DNA of 64,000 nucleotides, taken from positions 128,887-192,886 of the forward strand of contig NIVC01000177.1 in NCBI GenBank assembly GCA_002269645.1, read 5' to 3'. The DNA is from Macrostomum lignano (Eukaryota). How positions within the stretch are numbered: position 1 is the stretch's first letter; each line of letters opens with the position of its first letter. The translations under genes and the position numbers were made by a program. Shown here piece by piece: positions 22,843 through 33,800 of the stretch. The notes below the pieces were generated by a model. The model searched no databases. It was not told the DNA's origin and saw only the letters and a list, made by a program, of their open reading frames with translations.

Positions 22843-25800
22843 ATGTACCAAGAAATTGACGCCGCCAGTGCCGACGCACAGCATGTTGGCCGGTTGACGC
22901 GGCTGCGCGAATCCAAAGGCCTAGTCGTGGCCGTGGTCACCCTGCTGCTCATGCTAGACGTGATGCTCATCACTGTGCTTGAGCCGCTGCTGCCGGCAAT
23001 GCTATTTGAACTCGACCAGCTGCAACAAGGCGGCATCACTTGGTCGGCCTGGCTATCGAGTCTGTTCCGCTGCGGCGGAGGCGGCGTCAGCAGCATCGGC
23101 TACTTTTCTAACAGTTCCAATGACCAGCTCGACGGCAGCAGCGAGCGCCAGCTGTACGCAAAGTACGCCCCACAGATTGGTCTCGTGCTTGGTCTGAAGC
23201 CGGGCGTTGAGGTTATCGGTAACCTGCTAGTCGGGCCGCTGGTAGATCGAGTCGGGCACAAGGCGCCACTTCTGATTGGCTCCGGGCTGTACCTAGTGCG
23301 TGTAATGCCCTTTGTTCTTATTTTATGCAGCATGCAACTGTAAATAAGAAGGATTTCAAGGTTACAAGATTACTATAGTCAGCATAGATTTTAAGGGCTA
23401 AAAGAAGCGAGGTTTCAGCAGTTCAACAACTAACCAGATAGCGTAGGGCAGGGGTCGGCAAACTCGGGCCCGCGAGCCATATGCGGCCCACCAAGCCTCT
23501 CTATCCGTCCTTCGGACTTTTGAAACTTCACAATAACAATACGGCCCCGCTCAAGGTTTATGTCTCTTCTCAGCTCTCCTCTCTAATCTCCTCTCTTTTC
23601 TCTCCTCTCCTCTCTTTTGCCTCTGTGACAATAGCCGTTTGCTTAACGCTTTTTAATATGTAATGACACATTCAAACAAAAGACAAGTTATAAGATTTTC
23701 CAAACAATTATTATAAATCATAATCATTTTTACGGTCTCTTTCCATACCCAAGTATTGAATATTTCAGCATAGGGCATAAATTGTACTTTCATCAGAAGC
23801 CAACAACGTAAATTACTCATCGTAAATAAGTGACCAACCCGTCTCACCATGCAGGTAACGGCTGGCATGTTCGGCTTCAGTCCCAACTATCCAATTCTTC
23901 TGATCGCCCGCCTGCTGCAGGCCGCCTCCTCTAGCTTGTCCACCGTGGCCGGCCTCGCCCTGCTGGCTGCCACCTTCGCCGGCGACGAAGTCGAACGAGC
24001 AAAAGCAGCCGCCGTAGCTTTTGGCGGCCTCAGCTTCGGCCTCATCATGGGCTTCCCGTTTGGCGCCGTCCTGGCGCAGTGGTTCGGCAGAGCCAGCCCG
24101 TTCCTGGTGCTCGGCGGCCTCTCCCTGCTGGACATGGTGCTCCGGCTGGCAGTCCGAATGCCTGCGGACTCCGCCTCTCATACCAGGAGGGACCGCGGCA
24201 ACAAAGACAACAGGGATAAAGACAACGAAGAGGAGGAGAAAAAAGCCAAGCGGAGAGAGTCTACTTCGGCGTCTTTGAAAGAGATCGGGTAAACTCGACG
24301 CTGTTTCTGTCCGTAAAACACTGGAAGGATTGCTCACTTCTTTTTGATCGCCATTGCTCTAAAATTAAAAGACGTTTAATGTTGATTTAACTTTAAATTT
24401 AGAGCGATGTGATCAGTTGAAACAGAAGTGGCTCTACAGCTACTTGACTCAAACAGTGATCTCCTTTTTTCAAGTACTCGCCGATCACTTAGTGACAAGT
24501 GACAAAAATCGCTAGAGTCATTGGAAACAATTCACTAGTTGGCGACTCATATGATACGCTCATGACTCAACAGTCGCCAATCCGTCGCATTTACAGTTTT
24601 TTGAGCTGTAAAAAAGTCTAAAAAGTCACGTGAATTGTAGAATCGTAAAATAGTCAATAAAAAGTCGTCCAATAGTCGTCGTGTTAGCGCTTAACTTTCT
24701 ATTAACTCAAGTAGAATATATAGAATAATACGAAATGCGGTTCTACGAGCGCAATTCATATAAAGTGGCGCAGAGGCGCTTTAGACGCAACTCGGTGATT
24801 GTACAGCGACTCGAGCAAGACTCAGATACGATTCTATGCTCGTACGGCCCCAGAGTCATTATAGAAGTCGTTTTATAGTCGCAGACAAAAAACGCCTCAA
24901 ATTGACTTTTAGGCGATTTTTTGGCGACTTTTACCGTGATACTTCGTCGTTTTAGAGTTGTTCAGAGTCATTTGTTTCCTATTTTACCTGTGTTGCCTGC
25001 AATTACTCTGAAACTCGATAAGAATCGCTAGAGTCATTCAGAAAACAACTGACCTATTGCAGAGCCACTCCGGTGGGAGCTCGCACCTTGTGGCGCCTCG
25101 CCACCAACAGGTACGTCGGCACCATCCTGATGGCCGACTTCCTCATCCACTTCGGACTTGGCGCGGTGTTTACCACGGCGCCCAGCTTTATGCAGGACAC
25201 TCTGGCCGGCTCGCTCTGGCAGATGGCCGTGGTGGCGCTGGCCTCCACCTGCCTGCAGTTCGGGGTGCAGTACGCCTGCTCCGGCTGGCTGGCAGCCAGG
25301 CCGCTCGCGAGATGGCGCGTCCTGTTTCCCAGCCTGGTTGTATTCGGCATCGGCATGCTGCTGTACCCGGTTGTTGGCGCCACCCGCAGCATCTGGTTTG
25401 CTGCTCTGCCCGAATCAGTAAGAAACTTGAGGATTTGCAGTTCTTCTCAGAAGTTTCCAACTCTCCTCAGTAGTTACCAGCTCTCCTCAGTAGTTACCAG
25501 CTCTCCTCAGTAGCTACCAGCTCTCCTCAGTAGCTACCAGCTCTCCTCAGTAGTAACCACAGATACTATAAACAATATAGATACTGTTTATAGTATCTAT
25601 GGTAGTAACCAGCTCCCCTCAGTAGTAACCAGCTCCCCTCAGTAGTAACCAGCTCTCCTCTGTAGTTACCAGCTCTTCTCAGTAGTTACTAGCTCTCCTC
25701 AGTAGTTACCAGCTCTCCTCAGTAGCTACCAGCTCTCCTCAGTAGCTACCAGCTCTCCTCAGTAGTAACCACAGATACTATAAACAATATAGATACTGTT

Positions 25801-27221
25801 TATAGTATCTATGGTAGTAACCAGCTCCCCTCAGTAGTAACCAGCTCCCCTCAGTAGTAACCAGCTCTCCTCTGTAGTTACCAGCTCTTCTCAGTAGTTA
25901 CTAGCTCTCCTCAGTAGTTACCAGCTCTCATCTGTAGCTACCAGCTCTCCTCTGTAGTTACCAGCTCCCTCAGTAGTTACTAGCTCTCCTCAGTAGTTAC
26001 CAGCTCTCATCTGTAGTTACCAGCTCTCCTCTGTAGTTACCAGCTCCCTCAGTAGTTACCAACTGCCCTCAGTAGCTTTTTTTCACAAAAACATTGTCAG
26101 GTACTCCGCATCGCCCTGGCTCTGTTCACCTGCACGTGTTTTCCCTCGTTAAACTACCTGGCTGACCGGCTGTTCACAGCCGAGTACGGAGCCGTGAACG
26201 GTCTGTACACCGGTGCTTTCAACCTGGGCATGTTCTGCGGCAGTCAGTACGCGGGTCTCCTGCTGGGCTGGCTGGGCTTCGAAGTCTTGTACAGCGCCTT
26301 CGCCATGGTGCTGCTGGCTTCAGCCGCGATTGGACTGGTGAGAAACTCAGACTGGTAGCACTGTGGACATTGGGATTGGGGTATTGGGATTGGGGTATTG
26401 GGATTGGGGTATTGGGATTGGGGTATTGGGATTGGGGTATTGGGATTGGGGTATTGGGATTGGGGTATTGGGATTGGGGTATTGGGATTGGGGTATTGGG
26501 ATTGGGGTATTGGGATTGGGCTATTGGGATTGGGCTATTGGGATTGGGGTATTGGATTGGGGTATTGGGATTGGGGTATTGGGATTGGGGTATTGGGATT
26601 GGGGTATTGGGATTGGGGTATTGGGATTGGGGTATTGGGATTGGGGTATTGGGATTGGGGTATTGGGATTGGGGTATTGGGATTGGGGTATTGGGATTGG
26701 GGTATTGGGATTGGGGTATTGGGATTGGGCTATTGGGATTGGGCTATTGGGATTGGGGTATTGGATTGGGGTATTGGATTGGAGTATTGGGATTGGGGTA
26801 TTGGGATTGGGGTATTGGGATTGGGTATTGGGATTGGGGTATTGGGATTGGGGTATTGGGATTGGGGTATTGGGATTGGGGTATTGGGATTGGGGTATTG
26901 GGATTGGGGTATTGGGATTGGGTATTGGGATTGGGGTATTGGGATTGGGGTATTGGGATTGGGGTATTGGGATTGGGGTATTGGGATTGGGGTATTGGGA
27001 TTGGGGTATTGGGATTGGGGTATTGGGATTTGGGCACTGGGACTCGGACATTGGGATTCGGGTATTGGGAATCGAAGAGGCATCAAATGCCTTGCTCCCA
27101 TCGCCTGCAGGTGCACCGCAGTCTCACTGATGACAGAGCGGCGATGTCAGCATCAGACCATGGCGGACGGGACCACCTCACCATTCTCGGCCACTCCTCA
27201 GCCAGCGGCACAGTTGTTTGA
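22843..27221 (+). CDS. Divergent SLC18A (VMAT/VAChT-like) MFS vesicular transporter, 529 aa, 5 exons
   Basis: Exons 22843-23295, 23855-24288, 25063-25417, 26101-26337, 27111-27221 (1590 nt, phases match; read-through of exon 4 would instead stop at 26358). Motifs: LMLDVMLITVLEP (TM1), ILLIARLLQAASSS, DEVERAKAAAVAFGGLSFGLIMGFPFG, SPFLVLGGLSLLD, YLADRLFTAEYGAV. Confidence 0.88.
23449..23560 (+). mobile_element. hAT (Charlie/MER58-like) non-autonomous element, left end only
   Basis: CAGGGGTCGGCAAACTCGGGCCCGCGAGCCATATGCGGCCC resembles the Charlie-type terminus; no right TIR found nearby. Confidence 0.6.
25450..26078. repeat. ~20-bp minisatellite CAGTAGTTACCAGCTCTCCT in SLC18 intron 3, with a twice-copied AT-rich hairpin
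   Basis: Read directly; hairpin copies at 25561-25598 and 25772-25809. Confidence 0.95.
26370..27070 (+). repeat. 14-bp G-rich satellite GGGATTGGGGTATT, ~48 copies, in SLC18 intron 4
   Basis: Read directly. Confidence 0.97.
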
Positions 27222-27555
27222 GATGCAAACCTCTCTCTAGCTTCATATCTTTATAGATTTATCTTTGCTTCCTTGCGACACTACTTTTAATCAGTAGTAG
27301 AAATAGGTTGTTTTGCTACTTGTCTGATTACTGATTGCAGTGTCACGCATGCTTAACTCCTAATGATCCATTGCTATTATATTATTACTAATAGTTTTGT
27401 GAACCGTATGTCTATTGTCGCAATAGCAAGTTAATTAAATATTGTCTAAAAAATAAATACAAATCGATGTTCATTTCGTTGATGCAGTTTTGTTTCTAAA
27501 AAAATGCGGGCTGAGTGATCTGTTTCCGGTAGCCAGCAGGGTTACTTTTTTAATT

Positions 27556-27626
27556 GGGAGCAGAGCGGCTGGCGGTGAACCGTCTGACTCTCGCGCAGCG
27601 ACCCCTGGTTCGATTCCGTCTTGGAA
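27556..27626 (+). pseudogene. tRNA-Glu(CTC)-like relic or SINE head
   Basis: CTGACTCTCGCGCAG (7-nt loop, CTC anticodon) followed by GCGACCCCTGGTTCGATTCC (B box 27607-27617); acceptor and D stems are degenerate. Confidence 0.55.
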
Positions 27627-28111
27627 AGGAAAGCACAATGCTCCGGCTTGGACACTGGGGTCAAATTATGAAAAAAGATCTCTGGTATCGTTTTGAAACT
27701 TTAAAGCCGTGATGACATGGAAATTTCCAAAAATATTTAAGAAGTTGGTAATAATATTTTTAAGTACAGACTAACTAAAACATTGAAAAGTGCATCAAAT
27801 AATAACCAATGAAGTGGTAAGTCGTCCAAGCAACGTGAAATTCCGAAAAAACGAAAATTCTATAAAGCATCGAAACCGGAAATTTGAAAAATCGTTGCCG
27901 TGTCTAAATAAGTTATTAGTGGTAGAGTAAAAACAATGAAATTTCTGATGCTATATGCATAACATCTGTACTACATATGCTACATCTAAATAGCACTAAT
28001 TATATTTATGCGTAGGGTTTTGTGCAAACAAAAATAAGTGCATTCCATGAATTTAAAATAATATTTAATTGATGAATTAATTAAACTGGCTCTCACTAAA
28101 AGTAAGATTTC

Positions 28112-30222
28112 TGATTCGGACACATAGTGATCAGATTCGGACACAGAGTGATCAGATTCGGACACAGAGTGATCAGATTCGGACACATAGTGATTAGATT
28201 CGGACACAGTGATCAGATTCGGACACATAGTGATCAGATTCGGACACAGGGTCATCAGATTCGGACACAGAGTGATCAGATTCGGACACATAGTGATTAG
28301 ATTCGGACACAGTGATCAGATTCGGACACATAGTGATCAGATTCGGACACAGGGTCATCAGATTCGGACACAGAGTGACCAGATTCGGACACGGAGTAAT
28401 CAGATTCACACAGAGTGACCAGATTCGGACACAGAGTGATCAGATTCGGACACAGAGTGACCAGATTCGGACACAGGGTAATCAGATTCGGACACAGAGG
28501 GATCAAATTCGGACACATAGTGATCAGATTCGGACACAGAGTGACCAGATTCAGACACAGAGTGATCAGATTCGAACACATAGTGATCAGATTCGGACAC
28601 AAAGTGACCAGATTCGGACACAAAGTGATCAGATTCGGACACAGAGTGACCAGATTCGGACACGGAGTAATCAGATTCACACAGAGTGACCAGATTCGGA
28701 CACAGGGTGATCAGATTCGGACACATAGTGATCAGATTCGGACACAGGGTCATCAGATTCGGACACAGAGTGACCAGATTCGGACACGGAGTAATCAGAT
28801 TCACACAGAGTGACCAGATTCGGACACAGAGTGATCAGATTCGGACACAGAGTGACCAGATTCGGACACAGGGTAATCAGATTCGGACACAGAGGGATCA
28901 AATTCGGACACATAGTGATCAGATTCGGACACAGAGTGATCAGATTCGGACACAGAGTGATCAGATTCGAACACATAGTGATCAGATTCGGACACAGAGT
29001 GACCAGATTCGGACACAGGGTAATCAGATTCGGACACAGAGGGATCAAATTCGGACACATAGTGATCAGATTCGGACACAGAGTGACCAGATTCGGACAC
29101 AGAGTGATCAGATTCGAACACATAGTGATCAGATTCGGACACAAAGTGACCAGATTCGGACACAAAGTGATCAGATTCGGACACAGAGTGACCAGATTCG
29201 GACACGGAGTAATCAGATTCACACAGAGTGACCAGATTCGGACACAGGGTGATCAGATTCGGACACAGAGTGATCAGATTCGGACACAGGGTCATCAGAT
29301 TCGGACACAGAGTGACCAGATTCGGACACGGAGTAATCAGATTCACACAGAGTGACCAGATTCGGACACAGAGTGATCAGATTCGGACACAGAGTGACCA
29401 GATTCGGACACAGGGTAATCAGATTCGGACACAGAGGGATCAAATTCGGACACATAGTGATCAGATTCGGACACAGAGTGATCAGATTCGGACACAGAGT
29501 GATCAGATTCGAACACATAGTGATCAGATTCGGACACAGAGTGACCAGATTCGGACACAGGGTAATCAGATTCGGACACATAGTGATCAGATTCGGACAC
29601 AGTGATCAGATTCGGACACATAGTGATCAGATTCGGACACAGGGTCATCAGATTCGGACACAGAGTGACCAGATTCGGACACGGAGTAATCAGATTCACA
29701 CAGAGTGACCAGATTCGGACACAGAGTGATCAGATTCGGACACAGAGTGACCAGATTCGGACACAGGGTAATCAGATTCGGACACAGAGTGATCAGATTC
29801 GGACCCAAAGTGGTCAGATTCGGACACATAGTGATCAGATTCGGACACATAGTGATCAGATTCGGACACATAGTGATCAGATTCGGACACAGTGATCAGA
29901 TTCGGACACAGAGTGATCAGATTCGGACACAGTGATCAGATTCGGACACAGAGTGATCAGATTCGGACACAGAGTGATCAGATTCGGACACAGAGTGATC
30001 AGATTCGGACACATAGTGATCAGATTCGGACACAGTGATCAGATTCGGACACAGTGATCAGATTCGGACACGGAGTAATCAGATTCACACAAAGTGACTA
30101 GATTCGGACACAAAGTGATCAGTTCGGACACAGGGTCATCAGATTCGGACACAGAGTGACCAGATTCGTACACAGAGTGATTAGATTCGGACACAAAGTG
30201 TTCAGATTCGGACACGGAGTTG
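28112..30222. repeat. 21-bp satellite TGATCAGATTCGGACACAGAG, ~100 copies, with higher-order repeats
   Basis: Variant marker CAAATT at 28504, 28899, 29046, 29441 (spacings 395, 147, 395). Confidence 0.98.
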
Positions 30223-30264
30223 TCAGAAATTTAATCAAGGTCTGCACCACTGACGCGAGGTGCA

Positions 30265-31199
30265 TCAGCGGTTCACAATGGTCTGGCCCTCGGCAACCAG
30301 CCGGCGGCTGCGCTGCATCTGCAAGTCGACCACCTGACTGTAGCTCCGCTCCAAACGGTTCATCTGCTCGTCCAGCTGCTGCCGCACGGCGGACAGAGCG
30401 GCCAGCATCATCGCCTTGCGGCAGCGGGCCATCTCGTCGGCGTCTGCGACCCGATACGATTCTGTCGTTGGCTTCTGCTGCATCATTTGCGACGGCGCTC
30501 CAATCTCAGTCAGCTGGCGAATGCGGGCCTCCAGAGACTGCTCGATGCGGCAAATCTCCGCCGACGTGCCCTCCTCGCTGTCGGCGGCAATCGAAGCAGT
30601 CGACGTCGCCGTGGACCCGACCAGCTCCGTCAGTCGGAGGCTGCTGGACACTGTGGACGCACTGCCATCGCCGCCGTTTCCTCCGTTGTCGCCGCGAACC
30701 GACGAGGTCGATGAGAACAGCCGCAAAGAGTCGGCGTCGTCTCCCTCGTCGTAGAACTCCAGGACGGAGCTGCCGCTCCAGACGTCGCTGCCGACGCTCC
30801 GCGGCTGACCGCGTGGATTCCGTCGCCGATGAATTTCTCGGCGTCGGTCGTTGTCGTCTTCGGCAGCTGAGCAGTCCAGAGCCGGCCCGCCGTCCTCCCA
30901 GCGGTGTTGCCGGCGCAGGCGGCGAACCTTTGACGGTGGCTGCGACGGCTGCGGTTGAAAAATCGGCAGCACAACGCCTTGACAGTGCGGACAGAAGGCC
31001 GTCACCAGCTGCTGCTGATCCTCCAGCGACGAAGCCGAAGCTGGCAGGCCTTCATCGGAGCTGCCGCTGCTGTAATCGACAGCGTCATCGGCGGTAATGG
31101 CATGCTCGGCGGCTGAGACTCGGTGGCTGCGGCGCCGGGACAGAAGCCGACCCAGGCTAAACGCGGACTTCCGGCTGTTCTTGGCGTCAGCCTTGCCGT

Positions 31200-31238
<39 letters not shown>

Positions 31239-31302
31239 GCTTCGGCCGGCGGAACAGCTGGCCCCAGCGCATCTGCGGGTCCATGGCGGCAGAGGTCGGC
31301 AT
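30265..31302 (-). CDS. Uncharacterised intronless protein, ~345 aa (low complexity, one CxxC, C-terminal coiled coil)
   Basis: Long open frame with GC3-rich codons and poly-Ala like neighbouring genes; first in-frame ATG at 31302; CPHC; heptad-like VRQQLDEQMNRLERSYSQVVDLQ. No family recognised. Confidence 0.7.
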
Positions 31303-32051
31303 GGTGACTTCGGGGATGCCGTCGGCTACAGAATCGGGCAGGCTGGATGAGTTTTTATATTCGTATTTTTGTGTGCAGATGGCGAGCAGTTTAGGAATCG
31401 GGCGAGGCGGCTTGAGCAGCAAAGCTGAGCGCCCTGTCCGGTCCAGTCCGGAGCAGCGGAAGTCGCTAATTCCGATGGTTCCCCTCTCACTTTTCGATCA
31501 ATAAAGCTGCAGAAATGCACTGGAACTATATAACTCATGGCGCCATGGCGGAACCTCGCGGCCATCAGAAAATAAGTCTATATAATTAAGGCGCCTCTAT
31601 CATTAAAAGTTTTTTTGACACTTTTTGCCTACTTTCAGTAGTTTAACTGCAAACTTTACGCTGTAAAACATGATGAAATTGCAAGACCTATATGGCTGAG
31701 TGGACGGCTATGTGAGCGACGGAGATTTCTCATGAGAAGTCCTCGAAATTTCAATCAATTAATCTGTCACTGAACGGCTGAAGTGCTTAAAATTTCAAGC
31801 CTTTAATTCTTCTTTGCTACCGACCTGCCATTCGAAGACTTAACTAAGATGTTATAGATTTCTGCTTAAATAATGTTAGCATTGAGTGCTAGTTCGAAAA
31901 AAGTACACTAAGAAGTTATTTTATAAGGGGAACTCGTTGAGAATTTTTCCTGAAAGTCCATTCAAAAGATTGCACTGTAATCAACTCTACTCTATATTCT
32001 ACCCAACTGATTGACCCTTCTCTTTCCTGCTCTATTCTACCCTACGAGACC

Positions 32052-32846
32052 CTACGTATTCTACTTTACTCTACTCTACTCTACTCTACTCTACTCTACT
32101 CTACTCTACTCTACTCTACTCTACTCTACTCTACTCTACTCTACTCTACTCTACTCTACTCTACTCTACTTTACTCTACTCTACTCTAATCTACTCCATT
32201 CGACTCTACTCTACTCTACTCTACTCTACTCTACTCTACTCCATTCGACTCTACTCTACTCTACTCTACTCCATTCGACTCTACTCTACTCTACTCTCTC
32301 TAATCTACTCTACTCTACTCTACTCTACTCTACTCTAATCTACTCTACTCTACTCTACTCTACTCTACTCTACTCTAATCTACTCTACTCTACTCTACTT
32401 TACTCTACTCTACTCTAATCTACTCTACTCTACTCTACTCTACTCTACTCTACTCTACTCTACTCTACTCTACTCTACTCTACTCTACTCTAATCTACTC
32501 TACTCTACTCTACTCTACTCTACTCTAATCTACTCTAATCTACTCTACTCTACTCTACTCTACTCTACTCTACTCTACTCTACTCTACTCTACTCTACTC
32601 TACTCTACTCTACTCTACTCTACTCTACTCTACTCTACTCTATTCGACTCTACTCTACTCAAATCTACTCTATTCTACTCTACTCTATTTGACTCTACTC
32701 TACTCTACTCTACTCTACTCTACTCTACTTTACTCTACTCTACTCTAATCTACTCCATTCGACTCTACTCTACTCTACTCTACTCCATTCGACTCTACTC
32801 TACTCTACTCTACTCCATTCGACTCTACTCTACTCTACTCTCTCCA
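32052..32846. repeat. (CTACT)n pentanucleotide microsatellite
   Basis: Read directly, with CTAAT and CCATTCGACT variants. Confidence 0.98.
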
Positions 32847-33169
32847 CTCTATAATATATTTCAATTAAGAAAACCTCATTAACGATAGTTTAGTAAAATA
32901 TTAACTTTCCTTATTGTTACCGTTGTTATTAAAGGAAAAAGAAACCTCTACCTTTTAAAGTCGCTTAGAAAATCTGTAGACTGCCTGTCAATTATTATAT
33001 CTTTCCAAGAGCAGTCGCATGGGGCGTCTCGGGCAAGCAAACAGAAAGAGATCCGAGTCTTTAACGGTAGCCTCCCCACACGATTATTTGGCCTCCTGCA
33101 TGAGCCAATCAGGGGCTACGAAGTATTCGAGCATTTGCATAGATTCCCACGATTTTTAATTTCAAGACT

Positions 33170-33800
33170 CTAACTTAAACCATAAACTAAACCCTAACCT
33201 TAACATGAACCTAAACCCTTAACCCTAAACTAAACCGTAACCTAAACCCAAACCTAAATCAAAGCTTAAACCCTAACCTAAATCCTAACCTAAACCCTAA
33301 ACCCTAACCTAAAACCCAACCTGAACTACCTAAACCCCAACCTAAACCCTAAACCCCAACCTAAAACCTAAATCTCAACCTAAACCCTAAACCCCAACCT
33401 AAACTGCAACCCAAACCCAAACCTAAACCGTAACCTAAACCGTAACCTAAACCGTAACCTAAACTGTAACCTAAACCGTAACCTAAACCGTAACCTAAAC
33501 CGTAACCTAAACCGTAACCTAAACCCTAACCTAAACCCTAACCTAAACCCTAAACCCTAACCTAAACCCTAAACCCTAACATAAACCCTAAACCCAAACC
33601 TAAACCGTAACCTAAACCGTAACCTAAACCGTAACCTAAACCCTAAACCGTAACCCAAACCCTAAACCCTAACCTAAACCCTAAACCCTAACATAAACCC
33701 TAAACCCCAACCTAAACTGTAACTCAAACCCAAACCTAAACCGTAACCTAAACCGTAACCTAAACCGTAACCTAAACCCTAAACCCTAACCTCAACCCGA
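33170..33800 (-). repeat. Interstitial telomere-like array (TTAGGG/TTTAGG/TTACGG on the minus strand)
   Basis: Plus strand has CCCTAA, CCTAAA and CCGTAA hexamers, often as a 12-bp dimer CCTAAACCGTAA. Confidence 0.85.

Noticed and set aside
24300-25040. Intronic segment with direct repeat AATCGCTAGAGTCATT (~24508 and ~25023) and a short GCTCTAAA/TTTAGAGC inversion
   Set aside because: Probably a decayed repeat, but no termini or TSD could be defined.
26363-30220. GIGIGVLGLGYWDW and IRFGH/CPNL repeat ORFs
   Set aside because: Translations of the 14-bp and 21-bp satellites; open in several frames on both strands.
33170-33800. True chromosome end
   Set aside because: Unique sequence and genes continue on both sides.
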